Made by a program: the position numbers and the translations under genes
Notes under the pieces: generated by a model
The model's input: the letters and a program-made list of their open reading frames with translations, nothing else
What the model was told of the DNA's origin: nothing
Database searches by the model: none
DNA from: a virus
Strand: one strand, 5' to 3'
DNA length: 64,000 nt
Virus record (IMG/VR): IMGVR_UViG_3300044451_000434
Coordinates: 100,108-164,107 of that record
Part shown: positions 1 through 10,177 of the stretch, piece after piece
How the letters are laid out: each line of letters begins with the position of its first letter
Position numbering within the stretch: position 1 is the first letter of the stretch

Positions 1-1034
1 TCGTCTGTGGTTTTTTGCACATTAGACATGACCTTTACAAGATCGCTGACATACTCCATAGAAACTGCCTGTTTTTGTGCCATCATGGACCTAGCAACAC
101 GTTCAAGCAGATTCATTGCCTCATTCAATTCCCCAATCTCTTGTCGACCAGCCACCTTTTCCATTCCACAAACCCCGTCCTTGCAGAATGTTTCCTCTGC
201 CACCTTGCTGAAACCCTCATTTACGGCTCTAACTTTCTCAACAAGGCTAGCAATCTTTTTGCGAACACCTTCTGGATTCAATATTTCATGAACTAGACAA
301 TCGTGACATGCTGGGTTGACCACAAAACTGTCTTCTATAAATTTGACTCCGAAATTATGTTCAAAAATCTGTTGATCTTTGTGGATGTGAACTTTCTTTT
401 CATCCTTTTTGCATCCGCAAACTGGACAGGGTTCTTCACTAGCGTTAGGAGATTCATGATACTTGCAGAGATGTTCGCCATTGAATCGCTTCTTCTTACG
501 TTCTTTGATGTGTGAGCAAAATTCTTTTGCTGTCGCGGCTCTGTGATGGCATATACTGCAGCATGAATACTGCACCTGACAACCCATCGATGTGCCATTC
601 ACATATCCCTGTTCTATTCCTCTAGCAAGCCTAGGAAAAGCAACGCGATCAACCATATTGATGGTATATATGCCGCCTGCGGCATCGTCGTACCATGCAT
701 GGACAACCTTGCCCCTTGCCTTCTCAATATCGTCATTTTGGTGGTTGACAAAAACTGGAACCCCGATGAATGTTTTGGCAGCATGTTTCAGTTCAGTCTC
801 GCTAAACCAGTCACCATTGTCATTAACCTCATCCTTCTTTATAGCAAATACTTTGACAAATAGATGATCAGGGTGCTCCTTAACGGCTGCAGTTATGTCG
901 AATCCATTCAGATCAACACCAACCTTAGCCGCCTGCTTCTGCAATACATTAGTGTTGAATTCCTCCCAATCCTCAGGTACATTAAGAGCAGTAACCTGCC
1001 TGACTCCGGAAATGGCAAACTTGTTGGGAATCAT
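1..1034 (-). CDS. Prohead (capsid maturation) protease, 3' end truncated by window edge
   Basis: My translation from ATG at 1034 is open to position 1: MIPNKFAISG...VNDNGDWF...VFVNHQNDDIEKARG...GTSMGCQVQYSCCSICHH...EHNFGVKFIEDSFVVNPAC. NH, TSMG and E-x-S-x-V-x-x-PA motifs fit phage prohead serine proteases; lies just downstream of the portal. Not in the ORF track because it has no stop in the window. Confidence 0.8.
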   Translation of the reverse strand, partial: MIPNKFAISGVRQVTALNVPEDWEEFNTNVLQKQAAKVGVDLNGFDITAAVKEHPDHLFVKVFAIKKDEVNDNGDWFSETELKHAAKTFIGVPVFVNHQNDDIEKARGKVVHAWYDDAAGGIYTINMVDRVAFPRLARGIEQGYVNGTSMGCQVQYSCCSICHHRAATAKEFCSHIKERKKKRFNGEHLCKYHESPNASEEPCPVCGCKKDEKKVHIHKDQQIFEHNFGVKFIEDSFVVNPACHDCLVHEILNPEGVRKKIASLVEKVRAVNEGFSKVAEETFCKDGVCGMEKVAGRQEIGELNEAMNLLERVARSMMAQKQAVSMEYVSDLVKVMSNVQKTTD

Positions 1035-1444
1035 GCCTTCAATGTTCTCGGAATTTTCACATCGAACAAATGGTTCAATGTGTAGTTGAATTGATTCTTA
1101 GGATATGGTATTCTGTATTTTTCTGAAAGAAAAGACAGAGCAGAATATATATTGCTAAAATATTTGCCATACGGACTGTATACTTTCGACTCAAATTTTT
1201 GCCAATCGAATGGCAATTTTTTGATGCCTGCGAAAAATGACTTCTTGAGATCTCTAGTTCTTGCTGGCGAGCAGACAACATAATAATCTGAGTTGGTGGT
1301 ATAGTCGTGTCCCTCCCACCTATGGTACGCCCCAGGACCAATATCCCTCTCGTATCTCTTCTTGAGAGGCTCCGTGCGCTGCGTGTATGCCTCTTCCCAA
1401 GTGATGTTGCGGTCACGTATCCTGCGTGCTGAAATCTTCAGCAT
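1031..1444 (-). CDS. Hypothetical protein between portal and protease
   Basis: ORF 1031..1507; internal ATG at 1444 (MLKISARR) reduces overlap with the portal; stop overlaps the protease ATG (ATGA). Confidence 0.65.
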   Translation of the reverse strand: MLKISARRIRDRNITWEEAYTQRTEPLKKRYERDIGPGAYHRWEGHDYTTNSDYYVVCSPARTRDLKKSFFAGIKKLPFDWQKFESKVYSPYGKYFSNIYSALSFLSEKYRIPYPKNQFNYTLNHLFDVKIPRTLKA

Positions 1445-3623
1445 GGGATTCACCTGCTGGCAAGAAAATTTCTGCCACATCTGTGGAAATGACACGGGGC
1501 TCTCCATTATATAAAGATGCAGCAGTTTTGCTCAAAATCCTCCGCTCTTCTATCGCTTCTCTTATATTTGACATGACAACTTGAGAAACTTCATCCGCTC
1601 GACTGTTGAGAGCGTTCTCTTTTATCCTTATAACCCTCCACCCGAGTTGCGCGAGCTTAATGTCCCTTGCTCGGTCACGCTCGATGGCTTCTGGGTCTGA
1701 ATGCCACATTTCTCCATCTGCTTCCAAATCGACCCCTATTTGGGGATATGCAAAATCTAGAAGGAAAGGTTGTCTCTGACCGGGCATGTACTGCTTAAAT
1801 TGTGCAAAAAGTGGATAAGGAACCGCAAGTTGGTTGAGAATAGATGCCAATTTCTGCTCAGGCTTTGTCAAAAATATCTGCGTGGGTTGTGAATGCTTAG
1901 GCATATCTTTTGTCTTGTAACCCTTGCCCTTTTTGAATATCTTTCCAGGCAAAACAGATGCGACTGACGCCATAGGCGGAACTCCAAAGTCGCCACCAGG
2001 AGCAGGGGCTGCGGGCGGAACGCCACCAGGAGGAGAAATCCCCAAATCCATTGGCGGTGCTCCTGACCCAATGGGCGCAGGAGCGGATGGCATGCCTCCG
2101 CCCATGCCTCCCAACCCTCCAAGATCTCCAATTCCTCCCCCGCCAATGCCACCAGAGCCGCCACCTGAAGTGGCACCAAGAACTTGGCCTCCAGCACCAG
2201 CCATAACCTGTTCTTCCCTCATGCGTGAAATCTCAACGTCGAAGTCTATGTCAAACATATCAAGTAACTTTTGTCTGCTGATAACCGTCTTGTCATACAA
2301 CTGCAGGATCTTGTTCAAATATTCAGAGTTGTCACGTAGGCGAAGATCGTTCCACTTTATTTTTGGATACAACCACACGGTTTCATTCAACTGCTTCGAC
2401 TTTGCCGTATCAACAAAACCCTGCATTTGAGCAACAGGCAAGAATATGTTTCTCTCGGCCCAATGCGCCAATTCCATTCGCCAAGTTTCAAGTCTTCTGA
2501 TGAGAGTCTCCACGCCGACAGCAGCACCAGAATAAGCCTGCATCTCTCCGTTGAGCAAGGTTTGATTGAGCATCAAACCGTCAAGCATCTCCTTGCCAAT
2601 ATATTCCATCTGATTGCTTATGTCATGGATTTTCCCAGTTGCACCCTCCCAAGTCATCTCGAATGCGTTGTGAGTAACAATGGTCAAATTTGGATCATTT
2701 GCGACTGCAGCTAGTTGAGCCTGCACATCTGCAATATCCGTCTCATTTGCAGGGCGCTCGGCAGTTCCCACCTTAACTATTCTTATTGGCAATATATGGC
2801 GCTCTGCCACGATCCAGTTCGCTGTCATCAACTTGGTTTTGTATGCAATCGTCATGAAGAGTCGACGCAGCAATGACTCTCCATAAGTTCCATAAGGACT
2901 CCCCTTGTGTCGCAAATGACTCACGCAGCGCGGACTGAGAGGTATGGCCTGCCCAGCAGCAACAAGATCACGAATCTGCGGAGATATCTTGTCATAGACA
3001 TCCTTCGGCTTCTTCTGCTGAACCACTCTACGCAAATCATCATCTGGCAGCATGGCAATTGTTGGGTGGTCAGCAAGTTGCGTGTTTTGAACCTCAACGA
3101 AATCTGGATTGAGAATCATCAGTCTTTTGAATGTTCCACCAGGATGATTGCACACCCTTCCATCGGGAAGTGTTGCTTTGCCTCCACACACTGGGCAGTC
3201 TATTTCCAAAAACACAAAAACATCACCAAGTAAAAAATATTCGTGTGATATCTTTCTGAACCAGTAATCAAGGTTGAGTTTTTCGATCATGTGCTCAAAA
3301 TAGTTTAAGACCTTTCGATCTCTGCATTCTAATTTGAATCCATTCATAGGAAATGTTGCATAAAAATCTATGCCACCAGCAGCCTTAGGCTCGTTTTCAT
3401 AATAAAAACGTGCCCACTGGTAAACTTCTTTACGCCTGCTTGCAATCTGCCAACTCTGTGGCGTATGCAGGGGAGAGAAAAACATCGGTTGGGTGAATAT
3501 GGTGGATACATTCCCGCCCACATACTGAGCCGCTTTGGTCAGCGGCAACGGAACTATTGTTCCGTTTGCATACATCTTGTTGTCCGCAACGAATTCACTA
3601 CTTGTTTTTTTCTTGTTTGCCAT
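1413..3623 (-). CDS. Portal protein with Gly/Pro linker and C-terminal DUF559 (Vsr-like) endonuclease domain
   Basis: Portal-like blocks WARFYYENEP...IDFYATFP, YFLLGDVF, LNPDFVEV, YGESLLRR, PIRIVKVG; position between terminase and protease. C-terminus TKPEQKL...FLLDFAYPQIGVDLEADGEMWH...DRARDIKLAQLGWRVIRI matches the DUF559 pattern. Confidence 0.85.
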   Translation of the reverse strand: MANKKKTSSEFVADNKMYANGTIVPLPLTKAAQYVGGNVSTIFTQPMFFSPLHTPQSWQIASRRKEVYQWARFYYENEPKAAGGIDFYATFPMNGFKLECRDRKVLNYFEHMIEKLNLDYWFRKISHEYFLLGDVFVFLEIDCPVCGGKATLPDGRVCNHPGGTFKRLMILNPDFVEVQNTQLADHPTIAMLPDDDLRRVVQQKKPKDVYDKISPQIRDLVAAGQAIPLSPRCVSHLRHKGSPYGTYGESLLRRLFMTIAYKTKLMTANWIVAERHILPIRIVKVGTAERPANETDIADVQAQLAAVANDPNLTIVTHNAFEMTWEGATGKIHDISNQMEYIGKEMLDGLMLNQTLLNGEMQAYSGAAVGVETLIRRLETWRMELAHWAERNIFLPVAQMQGFVDTAKSKQLNETVWLYPKIKWNDLRLRDNSEYLNKILQLYDKTVISRQKLLDMFDIDFDVEISRMREEQVMAGAGGQVLGATSGGGSGGIGGGGIGDLGGLGGMGGGMPSAPAPIGSGAPPMDLGISPPGGVPPAAPAPGGDFGVPPMASVASVLPGKIFKKGKGYKTKDMPKHSQPTQIFLTKPEQKLASILNQLAVPYPLFAQFKQYMPGQRQPFLLDFAYPQIGVDLEADGEMWHSDPEAIERDRARDIKLAQLGWRVIRIKENALNSRADEVSQVVMSNIREAIEERRILSKTAASLYNGEPRVISTDVAEIFLPAGESHAEDFSTQDT

Positions 3624-3650
3624 GAGATAATACCCTGTAGTGGTTTTTCG

Positions 3651-3839
3651 TCATGATGCCTGCACAGCAACAATCTTGGCTATAGATGCACCACAGTTAA
3701 TACAATTGGACGCTGTTGGGTTGTTGCAACCATTACAAACCGGACAATTTTTCTTCCAGCCTGCCATTGGCTTTTTTTTCTTGCCATCACTAAAAGGGGT
3801 CGAAAAGGGGTCAAATGCGGCGGTTTTAGATGCTGTCAA
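3651..3839 (-). CDS. Small zinc-ribbon protein
   Basis: CPVC-x9-CINC; coupled to upstream gene. Confidence 0.65.
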   Translation of the reverse strand: MTASKTAAFDPFSTPFSDGKKKKPMAGWKKNCPVCNGCNNPTASNCINCGASIAKIVAVQAS

Positions 3840-4807
3840 CCCTTTTTTTTTGATGCAGAAAAATTAAATGGGGCGAAAGTAACGCGACCATCGTTGCCCT
3901 TCAAATCTCCGCGTGCTGCAGACATCCTGGCTTCAAAAGAACGAAACTCAGGAATAAATGGACGTGAACTGCCATCAGCTGGCACACGCAGATCATTACC
4001 GACTGGTATAACCTTATTTACCTCAAAACGATCCTCGATGTAACCGCCGCCCGAAAGACCATGATCTCCATCGAAAGGACGATAATACTTGTCCATCACA
4101 TTGCCACGCCACAATGTTTCAAAATCTATGTCGTAAATACCACCGAAGAAAAACTGATTGCTTTTGTTACGCTCGAGAGCAGAGAGATTGCTCTCCACAT
4201 CTCTTATGATCGGACTTGGTCGAACCTGTGTTGGACCAAAAATAACAGTTTTGTCCATATCACCATGTGAGGCCTGCTTGGTCAAGTTGAAAACATTTTC
4301 CTTGGAAGCAGTCTTGACTGTTTTAATACTCTTCGCAACCCGCTCCGCAAGGATAGCAATCTGCTCATCTGAAGCTTCCACTACCCTGTCAACGGCAGTT
4401 GCTGCTTTTTCAATTGCATCCACTGGAACCACAGATGGAGAAATCATATCAGAATATATTAGGAATGCCCTGTCAACAACATCAGCAGAACTTTCTGAAT
4501 TTTCATCCTGCTGATAAAAATCTTTAAGAGCCTCTTCAAACATGGAGGCGTTAGGTGATGCGCCGAGACGAGGGGCGAAAAAACCATTCCACACCTCATT
4601 GTAACCAGATCCAGGCTCGTTTTCCCTTCTGAAACTATTCAGGAAATCAAACATTTCCGTGTGATTTGAGAATGACGGCAACTCCACTTGTTCCAAGCCC
4701 GCAGTCTGTGGGGCAACCGGATTCGTGGCAAGTGGGTATTCAGGTATGAGCGGCTGCTCTACCTCCGTCGTTCTTGTCTGCGCAAATTTGGAAAGATTGA
4801 ATTTCAA
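3836..4807 (-). CDS. Hypothetical head-module protein
   Basis: 323 aa in coupled operon; MKFNLSKFAQ, VKTAS, FNLTKQAS motifs. Confidence 0.75.
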   Translation of the reverse strand: MKFNLSKFAQTRTTEVEQPLIPEYPLATNPVAPQTAGLEQVELPSFSNHTEMFDFLNSFRRENEPGSGYNEVWNGFFAPRLGASPNASMFEEALKDFYQQDENSESSADVVDRAFLIYSDMISPSVVPVDAIEKAATAVDRVVEASDEQIAILAERVAKSIKTVKTASKENVFNLTKQASHGDMDKTVIFGPTQVRPSPIIRDVESNLSALERNKSNQFFFGGIYDIDFETLWRGNVMDKYYRPFDGDHGLSGGGYIEDRFEVNKVIPVGNDLRVPADGSSRPFIPEFRSFEARMSAARGDLKGNDGRVTFAPFNFSASKKKG

Positions 4808-5445
4808 TTGGATTTCTTGCCTTTTAGCGCTTCAAACATTCTTGTTACGGCACCAGCATCAGAAGACGAATATCTTCTTGACGCATGCCTCGATGCCAAA
4901 GAGTCAAACATGGAAGCAGCCATATCTTTGCTGTTGACTGGAGACTGTGGCTGGGCTTCTTGACGTTCGGCGACAGGCAGAGCAACCACGGGAGCATCTT
5001 TGATGTGGGAGAATGCCTCCTTGTCAAAGATGCTGACAGAGTCTTTGCGAATGAGACCTCTGCCGCCAGATTTGCTAGAAAGAGATGAGACATGAGCGGC
5101 CATCCGCTCCGCAGAGGTAGGCAAGGGCTCTTCCTCTTTGAAAGCATGCTCCTCAACGCTATCCGCAGCAACCCGTGGAGCAGGTGGATCCTTGAACCCA
5201 AAAAGTGTGTCTGATGCAGCTTTTACTCTAAGACTCCCAATATGACCACCTGCATCAATGGTGTGTGAACCTAAAAGTTTATTGCGAATTAATCCGCCCC
5301 TAGAAACCTCTGCCTCATGAGTGCCAGCCACCTTGCGGGCAAAACCTTCAAGCCAAGAGGGCCTGTAAGGCTCGTCGGCCAATTTTTCAACCTTGTCTCC
5401 AAAAAGCTCAGACCGACCTTCATTTTGATTCTTGAAAATTCTCAT
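4804..5445 (-). CDS. Hypothetical head-module protein
   Basis: 213 aa; 4-nt overlaps with both neighbours. Confidence 0.7.
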   Translation of the reverse strand: MRIFKNQNEGRSELFGDKVEKLADEPYRPSWLEGFARKVAGTHEAEVSRGGLIRNKLLGSHTIDAGGHIGSLRVKAASDTLFGFKDPPAPRVAADSVEEHAFKEEEPLPTSAERMAAHVSSLSSKSGGRGLIRKDSVSIFDKEAFSHIKDAPVVALPVAERQEAQPQSPVNSKDMAASMFDSLASRHASRRYSSSDAGAVTRMFEALKGKKSN

Positions 5446-6053
5446 ATTCGGAAACCTGCTTTCTTCAGAGCATCTGCTATGGCAGATTTTCTCATCACGA
5501 AGGCATCATGATGTGCCGAAGCAGCCTTTGTTGGGGCATCTCCTGCAAGATCTGCAAACGAATCATTTTCAGTCGAAGGCTTGATGGCTTCGGGCTTTTT
5601 GCTGCGGAAATTAACTAAATAGTTCCGCCCCTCATGGCTCATTTCTCCATCCAATCCAAACATTGCACAGATCTGACGGCCAATTTCTGAAGCCCTAGAC
5701 TCTGTGATGCGAGACTTTTCAGTCGCCGAAGGTATCATGAAAGACCCACTCAACTGACCTGATCCAATCGAAGATCTCTGCTGAAATATTTTTCTAGAGA
5801 TCTTCGGGTCTGTCAAATGCCTTGGCTGAACACCAAGATCTTCTAAGACTGAAAAAACATGCTCCCTCAAAGACATATCCATTCCCCCGTTCGATGCAGG
5901 CGCCTGATCCTGTGACGGGGCGGATAGAGGAGCTGAACTGCCCGTATCCATATAGACAGACCCTATGTCAGGCTGGGGTATCTGTTCATCTGCCAACTTG
6001 AAAAGTTGGCTCTGCATATGCCTGCGTCGACCTACCGGCAGGAAAGACATCAC
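5442..6053 (-). CDS. Hypothetical head-module protein
   Basis: 203 aa; abuts both neighbours. Confidence 0.7.
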   Translation of the reverse strand: MMSFLPVGRRRHMQSQLFKLADEQIPQPDIGSVYMDTGSSAPLSAPSQDQAPASNGGMDMSLREHVFSVLEDLGVQPRHLTDPKISRKIFQQRSSIGSGQLSGSFMIPSATEKSRITESRASEIGRQICAMFGLDGEMSHEGRNYLVNFRSKKPEAIKPSTENDSFADLAGDAPTKAASAHHDAFVMRKSAIADALKKAGFRI

Positions 6054-6737
6054 TCAGTTCTCCGTGTCAAGAACAGCGTCTATAAATTCCTTGGGCCAAA
6101 CATTGGACCAATATGAACGGAACTTGCCCTTCTGCTTTTCAGTGAGATTGGCTATCTTTACAAACTTCGGAGACCTAGACGCAGCCTTCGCTGACCAACC
6201 GGCCTCCTCGGTCATACCGCTAACTTCTTCAGCATCGTCGGCAGCATAAGATGTGCCGCATGCCTCGCATGAGCCTGACTCCTTTGAGTCATAGCCACAC
6301 CCAGTGGCAGAAACAGCACCCATAGCCTCTGCGATTGCCTCGTCAGTAGAGTCGTCTTCAATTTCCACATCGGTATCGCAATCCTCCGCCAAAACGAGCA
6401 AGACTTCATCGTCATTAACCTTGATCACATCGGCAACCTTGACGGTGTGATACGATTCTGCTTCCTTCTTCTTCTTCTTCTTATATTTGGCGAGTTGCGG
6501 AGAAACCGCGCCCTTCACAGTCTCCTTGCCAACAGATTTTTTTTCCTCATTACCCTCACGCTCCTCGATCTTCTCCCTGATGAAGGCGGGCAATTCTTTC
6601 TTAGCCTCTTTCTTAAATACTTGGTGCGCATCGACTGCAGATGCCTGCTTTTTCATCCCTCCTGCGACATCCTGTATGATGTCATTAAAACTGCGGGACG
6701 GACCACTAACTGAAATTTTGTTGCTGAAGAACTTCAT
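6054..6737 (-). CDS. Hypothetical charged protein (possible scaffold/core protein)
   Basis: AAGGAG RBS; Lys-rich then Asp/Glu-rich segments; several K-x-A motifs. Confidence 0.75.
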   Translation of the reverse strand: MKFFSNKISVSGPSRSFNDIIQDVAGGMKKQASAVDAHQVFKKEAKKELPAFIREKIEEREGNEEKKSVGKETVKGAVSPQLAKYKKKKKKEAESYHTVKVADVIKVNDDEVLLVLAEDCDTDVEIEDDSTDEAIAEAMGAVSATGCGYDSKESGSCEACGTSYAADDAEEVSGMTEEAGWSAKAASRSPKFVKIANLTEKQKGKFRSYWSNVWPKEFIDAVLDTEN

Positions 6738-6774
6738 AATTGCTCCTTTGTTGCTCTTTTCTCTCGAACCTTGA

Positions 6775-7365
6775 TCACATCCCGTCAGGGAGTGATGTTT
6801 TAGTGATTTCCCATGCCTCGTCTCTCAAGCAGGAAGCTGCCACACGCAGCCTGCCTGCAGTCGAAGGATCTTTCGACTGTATATAAGAGGCTACTCTGCC
6901 CATTTCGTTTGAACATCGAACCATTCTGTCAGGAATAGCCATTGAATGCTCTGCTACAGCTTCAGGAATGGCAATCCCCTTCGGAGTACCAGATGCCACC
7001 TTCGTCTCAATTATGGTCTGAAGGTTAAAATCTCCACCCATAGGTTCCTTTTCCCATGATTCACCCGAAGACGCATACTTATTCCAAGTCTTAACATCAC
7101 CAGAAATAGCAGACACGTATTCGCTATGACACTCACTCCATGCCTCCTGAGGGCGCATGCCTTGGGCACGCTTGTGTCTAAAACATCCCTGCCAGCATCT
7201 GCTGTTGCGTACAGCAACCCCCTGTATGCCCATATACTGAGCAGTCTTGACCATACATAGATCAGATGCAACCTTGTCAAGCACGACCGCCTGCGGTTTA
7301 CTGCCCTTGGCGTCAAGTCCGTTGGCGATGAGAACGATGTCCTTGATGATATCTGATATTTCCAT
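6775..7365 (-). CDS. Hypothetical head-module protein
   Basis: 196 aa; N-terminal IANGLDAKG...LDKVAS...VKTAQ. Confidence 0.75.
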   Translation of the reverse strand: MEISDIIKDIVLIANGLDAKGSKPQAVVLDKVASDLCMVKTAQYMGIQGVAVRNSRCWQGCFRHKRAQGMRPQEAWSECHSEYVSAISGDVKTWNKYASSGESWEKEPMGGDFNLQTIIETKVASGTPKGIAIPEAVAEHSMAIPDRMVRCSNEMGRVASYIQSKDPSTAGRLRVAASCLRDEAWEITKTSLPDGM

Positions 7366-7369
7366 GACT

Positions 7370-8374
7370 TTAGGTAACTACAAATTTACGAGTAAATGTC
7401 CTGCTTGGGAAAGAAAATCTAACGATTCTATTCAACAAATAATTTCTCGGCTCGCCAACGGTAGTGTCCCACGAAACAACCACCTGCCTGCGACTGGCTT
7501 GAGAAAAATGCATATCATGTGGTTCAATCTCTCTTGAAATCATTTTGCCACCCTCTGTCAAGTATTCCACAAGCATTGACTGTCTGTTTACTACAGACCA
7601 CCTGACTGCATCGCCAACTCCTGAAAAATTGGGAATTGGAATAGACGTAGAAATCGCAGAATCTGCTCCAGATCTAGCTGGATCTGTGGTTATTTCGACC
7701 CTATCTACGGGAACCTTGTCTGCCTGAGGCGGCGGGATTGAGGCAGCGATCTCCCCTTCAAAAGGCTGGAAAACCTTTTCTGGATCTACGATTTCGGGCT
7801 TCAAAGATGTTAGGGGCATTTTTTGGGCAATCTTATAACTTCTACTAAATATGCAACAGGGCGGATTTTCCTCTCTGCTGAGATAACACTCATCTCCAAC
7901 CCTAAAACCATTTTTGGAAAGCCAGCCATCAGGCAGTTCAACAGCCAAGTTGCATGGCTCAGAGGCCGCAACAGATGTCAAGTCGTGGGGCTTTATCCTG
8001 CCAACCGTCACAATTTTACCTGAAGGATTTACAAAGACCACGTCCAATGGCAAAAATGTATTCATGCCCCAAAAACTATGTCGATCTGGTCGGTCAAACA
8101 CAAAAGCCATACCATGACCGTCTTCCAATTCATGTCTGAACATCAAACCCCTCTCTCTCAGGTGTGGTTTGTCTGCCAACTCAACCACAACTCTAGAAAA
8201 CGGGCTATGCATATTCGGAGACAAAGAAGCCCCCACGAACAAGTCGATCAGCGAAGTCCTCGCACTCATTTTCATCATCAAATTCGAGACGATATCCAGA
8301 TCCATGACGAAAAACATCGGCTCCGGCACCGCGAGCCTGCCTAACCGCTTTATCCAAGTTCCAAGCACGCTCAA
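7370..8374 (-). CDS. DUF192-domain + C-terminal WYL-like domain protein (start uncertain, possibly ~8278)
   Basis: RGLMFRHEL...GMAFVF...SFWGMNTFLPLDVVFV...AVELPDG is DUF192-like; VEYLTEGG...SREIEPH...VVSWDTTVGEPRNYLLNRI is WYL-like. Confidence 0.75.
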   Translation of the reverse strand: MSVLGTWIKRLGRLAVPEPMFFVMDLDIVSNLMMKMSARTSLIDLFVGASLSPNMHSPFSRVVVELADKPHLRERGLMFRHELEDGHGMAFVFDRPDRHSFWGMNTFLPLDVVFVNPSGKIVTVGRIKPHDLTSVAASEPCNLAVELPDGWLSKNGFRVGDECYLSREENPPCCIFSRSYKIAQKMPLTSLKPEIVDPEKVFQPFEGEIAASIPPPQADKVPVDRVEITTDPARSGADSAISTSIPIPNFSGVGDAVRWSVVNRQSMLVEYLTEGGKMISREIEPHDMHFSQASRRQVVVSWDTTVGEPRNYLLNRIVRFSFPSRTFTRKFVVT

Positions 8375-8419
8375 AAGATCCTGAGAGTCTAGATGGTCTG
8401 TCTTTCAGTATTAAAATTC

Positions 8420-8782
8420 TCATCGACGTGATATTCCTGTTTTAGCTGTGTTCTTGATGGCAAAAACACAATCGTCATCGTTAAGAATAACCGCTTCTAG
8501 GAGCCGCTTGCCACTTGCGGTAATCTTTATCATTTCACCTTGCCATTCTGCAAATCCCAAACTCTCTAGATTGATCAACTCGTCAGTTCTCAAGCCAAAA
8601 GGTCTTTTGAATGTGAGAGGCTCCAATCCAGCTTCGCCAGACTTGAAAAGTGAATATAAGACCTTTGCTGCCTTGCCTTTAGGATCACCGAATCCAGATA
8701 TTGCAGACCCCGATCTCTCACGCATAATGAAATCAAGGATAGAACTGTTTGCTACTTTTGGATTCATCCCAAATGCCTCCAC
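8420..8782 (-). CDS. Hypothetical protein, possible winged-helix (likely start ATG 8767)
   Basis: LINLESLGFAEWQGEMIKITASGK resembles a wHTH wing. Confidence 0.55.
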   Translation of the reverse strand: MEAFGMNPKVANSSILDFIMRERSGSAISGFGDPKGKAAKVLYSLFKSGEAGLEPLTFKRPFGLRTDELINLESLGFAEWQGEMIKITASGKRLLEAVILNDDDCVFAIKNTAKTGISRR

Positions 8783-9519
8783 AGGTATTCCCTGTACTTG
8801 TACGGACTTTCATTTTTCGCGTTATCTATAAGATATGGCTCTGTTGCCAACTCTCTCCAATAAAACCCAGGTCTGAAACGAGGTTCATTGTATGCTTCAG
8901 TCCAAGAGCGATATCTGTATTGACTCTTGCGAGCGGTCGAATCACCCTCAATGCTCTCCTCTATATCCCTCCATGGAATCACGCGATCACCCATAGGAAG
9001 ATCTAGACGACCGTATGGACCATCCATAACAGAAGCAGTTTTTTGGGGGGATGAAGCACCGAACAACCCGTGCTTATATGAAAGGCGTGCAATCATGTAC
9101 TCATGAAGAGATATTTTGGAAAGCAGCGCAGATATTTCTGAACAAGTAGGAGTTGGCAGTTTTGCCACATCGAATGAAGCCATAAAGTTTATTATAATTT
9201 CATGCTTCATCTGATCATTTAGCCGATCCTTGGCTGACATGGTGCACAACCCTTCAAGAGCACACACAGCCATTCTTGAACCAACTACAGAGCATGAACC
9301 CGCAGAGGGAATAGATTCAAGAATGCTGCAAAGTGCTGTCCACAGGTCTTCAAGCACAAGAGCCAATTCATCGGCCCTTTTGGAGAGTGCTGATGGGTAA
9401 TCTGAAGCAAGAACCTGAATCTGAATCTGTGGATCAAAAACAACATCAACGCCAATCTCAACGCCGAGTCGTGCGAGTTCGATCTTAGCCTGATCAGGAC
9501 TTATCTTTGGAGTTGCCAT
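8764..9519 (-). CDS. Hypothetical protein
   Basis: 251 aa with AGGAG RBS; QKTAS precedes an aromatic-rich C-terminal segment. Confidence 0.7.
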   Translation of the reverse strand: MATPKISPDQAKIELARLGVEIGVDVVFDPQIQIQVLASDYPSALSKRADELALVLEDLWTALCSILESIPSAGSCSVVGSRMAVCALEGLCTMSAKDRLNDQMKHEIIINFMASFDVAKLPTPTCSEISALLSKISLHEYMIARLSYKHGLFGASSPQKTASVMDGPYGRLDLPMGDRVIPWRDIEESIEGDSTARKSQYRYRSWTEAYNEPRFRPGFYWRELATEPYLIDNAKNESPYKYREYLWRHLG

Positions 9520-9655
9520 CGCACTTTGCTCCTACCAAAGAACTAGAATAATCCTTGTCGTAGATAAGGGTGAAATAACGGCACAAATTCTTGTGGTTTT
9601 TTATTCGCAGATTCTTCAGCACACGAGTTAATTTGTCCGTTGCGATTCTGACCAT

Positions 9656-10177
9656 TCAACCTATCTCCGTGTTCATCATCCCAAAAATGGAATCATCAAC
9701 AATTGCTGCTTTAGATTTTTTAGTTCGGAACGATTTACGTGTAACCTTCTTTTCGGATTGTGGTTGTTTGTCTTTATTTACACACTCATGCTCGCTAGCA
9801 GCATCGGAAGAAACCGAAGCCAAGGGAGAGGAGCATGACAGATATCCGACACTCACTAGTTTCATAGCAGTCTCCATATTTGGATCAGACTTTTTCAGTA
9901 TGAAACGCTGGTTGGGGGCCAATGTTCTCTTCAAAAAAGCGACCATGATACCACCCCCCTTAACATTCAAAAACTCTATTTCATCCTCGGATGTCTTGCT
10001 AGACACCCCCTCATCCGCAGAATCAAATGATATGTAGCCTTTCTTCTTAGCCCACAACACATCCTCGTGAGATGCCAATTCGTCTGGCAAATCAACAACA
10101 ACACCAGGCTTGAACTTCTTTTTTATCGAAGATAAAATCAATTCACCCTTTAGTGTTTTAGAAACTATTACTTTCAT
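9656..10177 (-). CDS. Hypothetical protein
   Basis: 173 aa; ATGA coupling with upstream gene. Confidence 0.7.
   Translation of the reverse strand: MKVIVSKTLKGELILSSIKKKFKPGVVVDLPDELASHEDVLWAKKKGYISFDSADEGVSSKTSEDEIEFLNVKGGGIMVAFLKRTLAPNQRFILKKSDPNMETAMKLVSVGYLSCSSPLASVSSDAASEHECVNKDKQPQSEKKVTRKSFRTKKSKAAIVDDSIFGMMNTEIG

Noticed and set aside
1868-2430. Shadow ORFs over the portal Gly/Pro linker (and similar antisense ORFs over the fibre genes)
   Set aside because: Explained by GC-rich low-complexity codons lacking stops; no RBS or recognisable motifs.
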